Below, one piece after another: positions 1 through 7,833 of a DNA stretch of 9,367 nt (position 1 is its first letter; each line of letters opens with the position of its first letter). Location of the stretch: positions 1-9,367 of the forward strand of contig JBHGNT010001366.1 of NCBI GenBank assembly GCA_043228905.1. Reading direction: 5' to 3'. This stretch comes from Azolla caroliniana. Lineage: Eukaryota; Plantae; Polypodiophyta. Both the position numbers and the translations under genes were made by a program. The notes under the pieces are model-generated. The model had not been told where the DNA came from, searched no databases, and worked only from the letters and a program-made list of their open reading frames with translations.

Positions 1-399
1 TTCACCTCGGTGTCAATCTTCCGGACTTCGAGTTTCTTTTCGTTTATGAGCTCCCAGATATGACAATACCGCACCTCAATGTGCTTTGTCTTCACATGAT
101 AGACGGAATTGTTGATGAGGTGTATTGCGCTATGTGAGTCGCAATAGATGGTCGACGCTGGTTGGTCGTTTCGGCTTGTAGTTTTGAAGTCGGCAATCAG
201 TCGGTGCAGCCAGATTGCTTGCTTCCTTCGCTGCTTCCGATGTTGCTATGTATTCGGCTTCTGTGGTAGACAGAGTTGTGCACTCTTGAAGTTTCGACCT
301 CCATGATATCACCTTGCCACCATAGGTGAAGATGTAGCCTGCTGTCGATTTCCGATTATCTGCATTTCCGGCATAGTCAGAATCGATGTAGCCTTTGAC
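1..399 (-). pseudogene. RNase H domain of element A (copia RNase HI-like), truncated by the window edge
   Basis: KGYIDSDYAGNADNRKSTAGY, SWRSKLQ..LSTTEAEY; after a frameshift near 216-223 it continues TIYCDSHSAIHL..YHVKTKHIEVRY toward base 1. Confidence 0.93.
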
Positions 400-1496
400 T
401 TCGACTGAGGTTTTCAGTCCGAAAGTCAGCCTTGCATCCAGGGTTCCTTTTAGATATCTAAGGATGTTCTTGACGGCCTCCCAATGCTTCTTTCCTGGGT
501 TTGACATGTACTGGCTAACCACCCCTGCGGCATAGGCTAGGTCGGGTCGGGTCGCCACCATTGCGTACATGATACTTCCTACTGCCGATGCGTAGGGTAT
601 CTTTCCATTAAGTTCTCTCTCCTTGTCTGTTGCAGGAGAGTCTCTGTCCAATAGTCTGATCGACGTCGGAAGCGGTGTCAGCGTTGGCTTCGCATTCTCC
701 ATGTTGAAGCGCTTCAGCACCTTGCGGATGTATTCGGATTGGGAGAGTCAGAGAGTTTTGGTCGTCCGATTTCACTCTATCCTCATGCCCAGTATGTGTC
801 GGGCTTGTCCGAGTTCCTTCATCGAGAACTTTGCGTGAAGGCTCCGCTTCAGCTTACCGATCTCTTCTTGATAGCTCCCTGCAATCAACATGTCATCGAC
901 GTATAGGATCAGATAGATCCTCGACTCGTCGGCTAGTTGCCGAAAATACATACATGGCTCGGAGTTTGTTCTGTTGTATCCAAGCTGCCGTATGTAGGAG
1001 CCAAACTTCTGGTACCACATTCTCGGCGCTTGTTTTAGGCCATATAGACTTTAGTCGACATATGAGGTGACTGTCCTCCCCCGTCGCCGTGAAGCCTGTT
1101 GGTTGAGACATGTATATGTCTTCTTCCAGATCTTCGTGTAGGAATGCCGTCTTTACGTCCATCTGCTCAAGCTCTAGATCTTCTGTCGCCACGACCCCAA
1201 GTAGGAGTCGGAGGGTGGTCATCTTGACTACTGGTGAGAATATCTCGTCGTAGTCGACTCTGTATTCCTGTTTGAATCCTTTCGCGACAAGTCGAGCTTT
1301 GTACTTGGGTTTCTCTGAGTCAGATACATACTTGTATAGGAAAACCCATTTGCAAGGTAGAGGCTTCCTTCCAATTGGTAGTTCGACCAACTCCCATGTT
1401 TGATTTTGATGAATCGAGTCCATTTCAGATTTCATGGCTTGTAGCCATGTTTCCGCGTTCAGTGCGGCCATAGCTTCTTCATACATGCTTGGTTCA
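400..1496 (-). pseudogene. Reverse transcriptase domain of element A
   Basis: EPSMYEEAM, KYKARLVAKGFKQ, QMDVKTAFLH, catalytic YVDD at 903-892, FSMKELG; frameshift near 1045-1055 and two TGA stops below 775. Confidence 0.96.
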
Positions 1497-1974
1497 CCTA
1501 CATCTGTGTAGTTGACATAGTCGAGGCTCGGTTGATAAAACTCTATTTGCCTTCGAGCTTGTCCAGATCTCTTGGGTGCCGTAATATCTGGTTCGGATCC
1601 TTCGATCGGTTCTGATTGACGATCGGTATTTGTTGAACCAGTTGTGTCAAGATTCTTGTTAGGTGTCTCGTCCCCGATTTGGGATTTCGGTGACGTCTGG
1701 TTGTCGTCGACTCTTTTCTGACTTGTCCCTTGGTGACTTTGCCTTTATCGATCCTTGTCGATTCGGCTGTGTCTTTGATGACTTTGTCTTTGAGTTCGAC
1801 GATAGGACTTGTTGCCGATTCGGTGTCGGCAGGGTAATTGGTAGCTTGTTGGAGTTCGACTGTTTGTCGAGTCTTCAATTCGGCCCGATGGGTTGGTCCG
1901 TCTACGACTGTGCTGTCATCTTTGAAGGATACCTTCTTACCAACTGTTTTCTATTGGTTCCGCTGAGAGAAGAC

Positions 1975-2914
1975 AGAGTCTTCATTGAAGACTACGTCGC
2001 TGCTCCGGATCAATTTCCGATTCTCAGGGTCCCATAACTAGTAGCCGAAGTCCCCATCGGTTCCATAACCGAGAAATACGCACTTTGTTGGATGGGGTGC
2101 CAACTTCGTCCTTTTGTCCTTGGGGAGGAAGGCATAGGCTTTGCATCCGAATATACGGAGCCTATCGTAGGTTGGCTGTTTGCGTGACCATAGTGCCTGT
2201 GGTACTTTGAGCCTGATTGCTCTTGATGGCGCTAGATTTATCAAGTACACTTCCGTCTGCGATGCCTCGGCCCAGAATTTCAGCTTTAGTTCGGCTTGCT
2301 AGAGCATTGCCGTCACCCTCTCCAGGATCGTCCTGTTGATCCGTTCTGACACTCCATTTTGCATGGGAACGGTCTTTTGGTGTTGGATCCCTTTTCCGGA
2401 CAGGTACTGTTTGAAGGCTCTGGAGGTGTATTCACCTTCGTTGTCGGATCAGAGTGTAGGGAACGGTCTTTTGGTGTTGGATCCCTTTTCCGAACAAGTA
2501 CTGTTTGAAGGCTCTAGAGGTGTATTCACCTTTGTTGTCGGATCGGAGTGTCTTCACTCTGTATCCCGACCGGTTCTCCACTTTAGATATCCATTGAGTG
2601 AAGACCTCGAGCGCTTCATCTTTGGACTTGATGGAGTATGCCCAAACTTTTCGTGTACAGTCATCTATGAATGTGATGAAGTATCGAGAGCCTCCTAGTG
2701 ATCGCTCTGCCACGGGCCTACATATGCCTGTGTGCACAAGCTCTAGGGGTTGTCATACTGACTCGTAATGGAGAGAGTGCGGACTTTGGGTCTGTTTCCC
2801 ATATCAACAATGCTCGCAGAAGTCTGTCTTTGCATGGAGTTTCGGAATGTAGCCGACCGACATCAGCCGATCAAGTTCGGCTTGAGACATGTGACCAAGT
2901 CGACCATGCCATAA
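1975..2914 (-). pseudogene. Integrase domain of element A
   Basis: HHCC region LWHGRLGHMS...FCEHC; DDE core FITFIDD, TLRSDNKGEY, MQNGVSER; C-terminal CVFLGYG..FGY*LWD..DVVFNE. Interrupted by an 85-bp insertion at 2367-2451. Confidence 0.94.
2365..2551. repeat. Direct duplication: two 93-bp copies (2365-2457 and 2459-2551) with 5 mismatches
   Basis: Aligned by eye: GGGAACGGTCTTTTGGTGTTGGATCC...GTTGTCGGATC(A/G)GAGTGT, period 94. Confidence 0.97.
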
Positions 2915-2989
2915 GTTCGGGTCGGTTTTCTTGGCTATGTTCATGGCCCCTTCAGGGTTGATTGCCATCAATGGGTATAGATTATTATA

Positions 2990-3301
2990 CTTGTGCCCAC
3001 TACCGATTTTGAGGTTTCCTCGGCTGATCACCCATGTCAACTCGTGTAGAGTCGTTCGATACCCGTCTTCGGCTAACATGCCATTGGAAACCAGACTCCT
3101 CTTTAGATCGGGTATGTGCTGAACTCGGAGCAGGGTTATTGTGTTGCCATTTGGAAATCTGATGGGAACCTCCCCGGTTCCGGCTATCTTGCAGTCCTAC
3201 CCGTTTCCCAGTCGGACTGTGCTGCTGGTGTCAACTGAATAGCTCGAGAACCATTCAATGTTGGGGGTCACGTGAAATGTAGCGCCAGAGTCTAGTAGCC
3301 A
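2990..3301 (-). pseudogene. Aspartic protease domain of element A
   Basis: WLLDSGATFHVTPNIEWFSSY read from 3301 (DSGA at 3292-3281), followed by VRLGNG and HIPDLKRSLVS. The downstream boundary is approximate. Confidence 0.9.
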
Positions 3302-3481
3302 CGTGTGTGCAACTTGTGCATTGTAGAGGACTTCTCCGATCATTGAGTCCTCTAAGGAGAGGATTTCTCCAGATCGGGTATCGGCAACGTTGATCTGGTT
3401 GCCGACTGGAGAGTGGTTCGAGTCGGAACGTCCTTGATTTCACTTGGATCTCCGACCACTCTCTTTTCTTTTTAATGACTA

Positions 3482-3535
3482 GCAGTCAGAAACATTGTGG
3501 CCAACTTTCCTGCAGTCAGAAACATTGTGGCCAAC
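3482..3535. repeat. Perfect 24-bp direct repeat (3482-3505 and 3512-3535)
   Basis: GCAGTCAGAAACATTGTGGCCAAC occurs twice, separated by TTTCCT. Confidence 0.97.
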
Positions 3536-4282
3536 ATTGTGTGCAATACTCGCTTGATCGGCTCATTTTCGACTTTGACCGATGTCGGTCTCCCCTTGTT
3601 TTTGATCGGTTGTAGCGTCGACCGGTTCTGTTAGGTTGTTCTTTCATTCGATTCTGTCGGTCGAACGACTCGGTCAAGTGATGGGTTTCTGCCGACTCAT
3701 CGATGGTTAGTCCCATCGATTTTCGCCTGATGTCCTCTGTGAGTACTTGGTCGATTGTTTCGTCCAACTTTAGGATCGGTCAGCTATTGGTGTATGTCAT
3801 GCAGAATACCTCCCAACTCATCGGCAAGCTCGACTGGAGGGCAAGGGCTTTCACTTCTTCTTCGAAGTTGATCCCTTGTGACGAGAGCTCAGATAGCACC
3901 CGACTGAAGGTGTTGATGTGGGAGGTTGCCGAATTGGTCTCTCTAATCTTCATGTTGAACAGTTGTTTGATAAAAACAATTTCGAAGATGAGGACTTCTT
4001 TTTATAAACGGCTTGTAGCTTCTCCCACAATGAGAACGTTGTCGTCTCTTTCACCATGCTGAAGTAGACATTTTCGGCTAGGTGCATTCGGATGGTGGAT
4101 TGTGCTATTTCGTCCACTGATCTCCACTCTTCTGCTGTCATCGAAGTAAGCTTTTTGTTGTGCCGAATGGCTTCAACCTATCTTCAGATGATCAACACAT
4201 CCTACATCATCTCCTTCCATAGGTCAAAATTTTTGTTGTCGAACTTTCTGATTTCAACTCCTGTTCTGAATGTTGAAGCCAT
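3482..4282 (-). pseudogene. Gag (capsid/UBN2-type region plus zinc knuckle) of element A
   Basis: Copia gag N-terminal motif KFD.KNF.LWK, then LWEKLQAVY and EEEVKALALQSSLPMSW; a CX2CX4HX4C knuckle at 3545-3482 is recovered by removing a 22-bp insertion. Confidence 0.9.
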
Positions 4283-4366
4283 ATTCTTTTTATGAAAGTA
4301 AGATTTCTAACCTAGCCTTTTCCTCTCAACTTCATTTGTTGTCTGTTGCTGCCGTGAAGCAAGGTC

Positions 4367-4378
4367 GCTCTGATACCA
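4367..4378 (-). other. Primer binding site (initiator tRNA-Met) of element A
   Basis: Minus strand reads ...CTTTCCTACA-AC-TGGTATCAGAGC, the canonical plant tRNAi-Met PBS, 2 nt after the LTR-terminal CA. Confidence 0.96.
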
Positions 4379-4592
4379 GTTGTAGGAAAGTATTTATATA
4401 TATGTATACGTGTATGCGGAAAACGATTCCGGACCTATTCGCTTATGCACAGAAAACAACACACACAGAAAGTATAGTGTATTGAGACTTAGACAGTAGA
4501 TCAAGCTTTAATGGAAAGCTCCTTATTGCTTCGTTCTCTCTCAGAGATACAATACTTTTCTCGTCATCCCTCATTACAATGTTAGGTATTCG

Positions 4593-4600
4593 CTTATATA
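4593..4600 (-). promoter_or_regulatory. Putative TATA box of LTR A
   Basis: TATATAAG on the minus strand, oriented toward PBS A, with CCAAT (4650-4646) about 45 nt upstream. Confidence 0.6.
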
Positions 4601-4650
4601 CTAAGCCCTAACTTATTAACGAGTTTGTTGAGTGACAAGATCAACATTGG

Positions 4651-4732
4651 GTGCGTAACACGATGCGTAACCCAGTGCGTAGATTAGGTGTGTAAAACAG
4701 TACGCATAACGTGGCCCTATAGGTGCGTAAAC
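4651..4732. repeat. Cluster of short TGCGTA(A) repeats, initially with about 12-bp period
   Basis: GTGCGTAAC 4651, ATGCGTAAC 4663, GTGCGTAG 4675, GTGTGTAAA 4688, CGCATAAC 4703 (degenerate), GTGCGTAAAC 4723. Confidence 0.7.
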
Positions 4733-4851
4733 CGAAAGACCATAAGAATGATATTCCTCATAAGGAATAGTTTTGGGAGTAAGTGTAGTAGGCTCATTTA
4801 TGAACAGTCAAGTACTGTCAGTACTTGTGTTAGCCCAATAGTCAGGGCTTG

Positions 4852-4859
4852 TATAAAAG
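4852..4859 (+). promoter_or_regulatory. Putative TATA box of LTR B
   Basis: TATAAAAG, about 190 nt upstream of the LTR end and oriented toward PBS B. Confidence 0.65.
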
Positions 4860-4925
4860 GTGCTCACTGAGCACCAAGTATGTACAGAGCGTCATTATTT
4901 TGAAATTGAAATGAGTTGTCTGCTG

Positions 4926-4958
4926 TCTCTCCATCTCTCCCTCTCCCTCTCCATCTCT
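4926..4958 (+). repeat. Pyrimidine-rich (CT) tract in the R/U5 part of LTR B
   Basis: TCTCTCCATCTCTCCCTCTCCCTCTCCATCTCT; CTCTCCATCTCT occurs at 4927 and 4947. Confidence 0.75.
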
Positions 4959-5046
4959 GCGTTTTCTGTGTTTTTTACCAAACTGTCATTCTCCGAATTG
5001 TGTACTCTGTGTTTCGCATACGCTTCCGCACACGTATTATTTTACA

Positions 5047-5058
5047 TGGTATTAGAGT
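5047..5058 (+). other. Degenerate primer binding site (initiator tRNA-Met) of element B
   Basis: TGGTATTAGAGT is TGGTATCAGAGC with C>T at 5053 and 5058; it directly follows the LTR-terminal CA and lies 100 nt before the gag ATG. Confidence 0.88.
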
Positions 5059-5158
5059 GTGAGGGTTGAAGTCCTCTGCAACCGACAAGAAAAGCTTGCG
5101 ACAAAATAGAGTTGAAGGTGTTCTTCGTTTTTTTTTCGGAAAAGAAAAAGACAACAAT

Positions 5159-5929
5159 ATGGACAGAGGTATGGGAAGCTCGCTACTGACTACAAAGCTC
5201 GACAGGACCAACTACACATCTTGGTCGTACAAGATGCACCAGTACTTGCTCAGTCACAGCTACTGGAGTTATGTTGAAGGAGCTAATGATGTAGCACCCG
5301 ATTCAACACATAGAGATTTTTCGGCTTGGGAACAAGCGGCATGTAGAGTTCTCTACTACTTTGCATCTTGTGTGAGCGACCAACTATTGAGCTATATTCG
5401 GGATGCTAAGACACCAAAGAACGCGTGGGTGAATCTCAAAAATAAATTCGCCGCAAGCACAATGGGTAGGAAGCTGCAGCTCAGGCAGGAGCTTAGCAAT
5501 GTCCGGTAGAAATCCGTGAATGTCGAGGAGGACGAGATGGTGCAAGTGTGCCTTGGTGGGCTAGCGTCCAGGTTTGGAGCTTTCCAAGCGGCGGTCTGTA
5601 CGAGGGAGAATACGCCTTCGTTTTTCGAGCTTCATTCGATGTTGCTCGTAGAGGAAAACCACGAGGGTGTGTCGACGAGTACACACGCTGACAACAAGAT
5701 GCTGTACACGGAGGAAGATAGGCCCCGTGGTCGTGGTGGACGAGGTGGATCGGCGCACAATGGAGGCGGCCGACAAGAGTAGAACAGGCGGCATAATCGA
5801 AATGTTGACAGCAATTCCAAACCCTCCACAAGCAGGGGGAGTCATAGTGGCGCTGGAAATCGGCAAGATAAGGCTGCAATGGAATGCTAGTACTATGGAA
5901 AGAAAGGCCATAGGGAGAGCGAGTGCTGG
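5159..5929 (+). pseudogene. Gag of element B
   Basis: KLDRTNYTSWSYKM, AKTPKNAWVNLK, RKLQLRQEL, ELHSMLLVEE, an RG-rich linker (RPRGRGGRGG) and a decayed zinc knuckle C*YYGKKGHRESEC at 5885-5926. Confidence 0.92.
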
Positions 5930-6100
5930 AAGAAACAAGCCGATTCGGACAAAACCGGACCGAGCGGGAGAGACGCAAGAAGGCATCAAAAGTCGCACTA
6001 CGCTGAGGGCTTCGAATGAGCCGGAAATGGATCGGGCCTTGCCTTCGTAATGAAGCACAAGGCCAATTCGGTGGCTGTGAACACCTCGAAATCGAGCGAG

Positions 6101-6430
6101 GTGTGGTATATTGATTCCGGAGTGTCAAATCATATGACGAGTCATGAGGAATGGTTCTCGTACTTGGTGAAGCCGGAAAAACAAGGAGTGGTCGAAACCG
6201 GAGACGACACTCCGCATGTTGGTAAAGTTCCCCTCAGCCATTTCGGGCTGAGAGGGAAACTCTTGAACGTGCTACATGTCCCGACAATAACGAAGAACCT
6301 GGTGTCGGTTGGACAGATCGTCGACCAAGGGATGTAGGTTCGATTCACGCATCTAGGGTGCTTCATAGAAGAGGAGGGCAAAGTAATCGCACAAGGGCGC
6401 CGTGAAGGGAGGATGTTTATCCTCGAAACC
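6101..6430 (+). pseudogene. Aspartic protease domain of element B
   Basis: VWYIDSGVSNHMT (DSG at 6113-6121) and NVLHVPTITKNLVSVGQIVDQG. The end is approximate. Confidence 0.92.
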
Positions 6431-6487
6431 AACAATGTGGGCACCATTATGTTTGCGAAAGGGCAGAAGGTCGAGTCGGACATCGAC

Positions 6488-7331
6488 CTGTGGAATAAGC
6501 GGTTCGGCACGTAAATTTCCCATGGATTTGTGAAATGCAGGCGAAGAACATTGTGTTCGGCTTGCCGAAATTTCGAGGCCTGGCCAAGTCTGCGAAGCCG
6601 GTCAGATGGGAAAAAATTACCGACTTCCATTCCCCAACGAGTGTAATCGTAGTCGAAATCCGCTAGATTTGATCCATCTGGATGTGTGGGGTCTGGCATA
6701 GAATGTGAGTCTTGGTGGAAGTTGTTACTTTGTAACCTTCATCGACGACTTCACTTAGCACACGTGGGTATTCACGATTGTGAAGAAGAGCGAAGTCTTC
6801 GCATGTTTCCTGAAGGTGAAGAGCCTTGCGGAAAGGGAAATAGGGCGTAAGATCAAATGCCTATGGTCCGATGGCAGGAAGGAGTACTTCTCTGACCAGT
6901 TCACAAGTTATCTACAGGAGGGAATTCGACACGAATTCTCGTGTAGATACACTCTGCAGCAGAATGGCGTGGCCGAGCGGAAGAATCAGACGATTGAAGA
7001 AGCGGCCAAGGCAATGCTTGAATGGAAGCATATGCCGAAATTCTATTGGGCCGAAGCTGTGAGGATGGTTGTCTACCTACAGAATCGGACTTCTGCTAAT
7101 GGAGGAGTGTCACCACATGAGCTATATTTCGGAAAGAAGACGAACTTGGCACACTTGAGGATTTTCGGCAACATCGCGTATGTGCACGTGCCAAAGGAAA
7201 AAAGGAGGAAGTTGGATGCCAAAGCCGAGAAATGTATCTTGGTCAGCTATCCAGACGAGCAGAAGGGGTATAAGTGTTATCACTTGCGAACAAAGGAAGT
7301 ACGCGTAAGTCGAGACGTCGTGTTCAACGAG
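6488..7331 (+). pseudogene. Integrase domain of element B
   Basis: LWNKRFG/HVNF, VCEAGQMGK, LDLIHLDVWG, FVTFIDDF, LWSDGRKEY, QQNGVAERKN, copia GKGY-type motif QKGYKCY, VSRDVVFNE. Confidence 0.95.
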
Positions 7332-7833
7332 TTCGTTTCGTGGTACTTGCCCTCACCTCCAACACCTCTCAACTCCATTCTGAATTCTAAAGAAGAGGTG
7401 AGCGAGGCCAAAATGCCTCCACGTGATGAAGAAATCGGAGCTCTAGAGGAGAGTCCGATCTCATTTCGGCTGAGTGGGCCGAATGTTGGACCGAAATGGC
7501 CAACCAAATGAAGAGATGGTGAGTAGTGAAGACTCAACCGTGATGTCCCCGCATAAAGAACCGAGGAGACGGTTTACGCGCAAGGAGAAGGGCAAGAAGA
7601 AAATGTCGGAGTACGATTTTGGCAGCGCCGAGTCAGTTCGGAGCGAATCTGACATCGAGCCGATCGTAAAGGAACCTCTGCGGAAGAGGTCAAAATCGGC
7701 CGAAAAGGTCGTGAAATCGGGTAATCACAAATTACGCCGATCTACCCGTCAGAAGAACCCCGTAAAAAGATACGGGTACAATGAATACATGGCGCACCAT
7801 TACGCGTACATGACGTGAGTGGCAGAAGTGTGT

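Larger units (their letters stand above)
1..4282 (-). pseudogene. Disrupted gag-pol polyprotein of element A
   Basis: Starts at ATG 4282 (MASTFRTGVEIRKFDNKNFDLWKEMM*DVLII*R*VEA), in frame with ORF 3950..4141. Track ORFs 3516..3767, 2804..3079, 2432..2737, 2038..2250, 893..1486, 772..1020 and 130..720 are consecutive fragments separated by stops and frameshifts. Confidence 0.95.
1..4760 (-). mobile_element. Ty1/copia LTR retrotransposon A (Tnt1/Tork-like), degenerate; 3' end lies outside the window
   Basis: Minus-strand order LTR - PBS - gag - PR - IN - RT - RNase H (IN before RT is the copia order). Inner LTR end 4381 is firm; outer end 4760 is tentative (alternative: interrupted at 4690). 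Lineage call rests on resemblance of gag (EIRKFDNKNFDLWK, TIRMHLAENVYF) and RT (KIPYASAVGSIMYAMVATRPD) to Tnt1-type proteins. Confidence 0.93.
4381..4760 (-). repeat. 5' LTR of element A (outer boundary tentative)
   Basis: Ends ...ATACTTTCCTACA at 4381 next to the PBS. Candidate start TGAGGAATAT at 4760 is an imperfect inverted match to that end. No second LTR is in the window to confirm it. Confidence 0.65.
4761..5046 (+). repeat. 5' LTR of element B (start at 4761 or 4691; end firm)
   Basis: Ends ...CGTATTATTTTACA at 5046 directly before the PBS; contains a TATA box and a CT-rich tract. The alternative start TGTAAAACAGTACG at 4691 matches the inverted end at 12/14. Confidence 0.65.

Noticed and set aside
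1543-1878. 111-aa minus-strand ORF between integrase and RT as a possible extra gene
   Set aside because: It lies in the normal low-complexity IN-RT linker of the copia polyprotein and has no domain signature. The same applies to 7474..7818 in element B.
2365-3535. Direct repeats as a CRISPR array or as LTRs of a small nested element
   Set aside because: Each repeat has only two copies, both consist of retrotransposon coding sequence, and there are no spacers, TG..CA termini or cas genes.
623-4295. Plus-strand ORFs over element A (623..838, 831..1070, 1663..2037, 2336..2698, 2698..2961, 2931..3122, 3703..4062, 4092..4295)
   Set aside because: Antisense shadows of the minus-strand polyprotein with no recognisable motifs.
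4626-4646. TGTTGA...TCAACA inverted repeat as the start of LTR A (4646)
   Set aside because: It would leave only about 45 nt upstream of the TATA box and matches A's inner end (TTCCTACA) poorly. Disfavoured, though not formally excluded.
4835-4839. CCAAT box in LTR B
   Set aside because: Only about 12 nt upstream of the TATA box, too close for a canonical CCAAT element.
5066-5158. N-terminal extension of gag B from TTG 5066, and a T-run/A-run hairpin at about 5128-5150 as a terminator
   Set aside because: In a eukaryotic element ATG 5159 is the plausible start and the upstream part is leader. The hairpin is weak A/T pairing, and intrinsic terminators do not apply here.
4270-5211. Short ORFs across the LTR region (4270..4485, 4688..4870, 4860..5069, 4975..5211)
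   Set aside because: They are 60-78 aa, cross LTR, PBS or low-complexity sequence, and show no protein-like features.
5493-6699. Long antisense and alternate-frame ORFs over gag/PR of B (5493..6128, 5561..6058, 5667..6050, 6142..6699)
   Set aside because: A GC-richer region with few stops in alternate frames; the translations have no recognisable motifs and nothing indicates an antisense gene.
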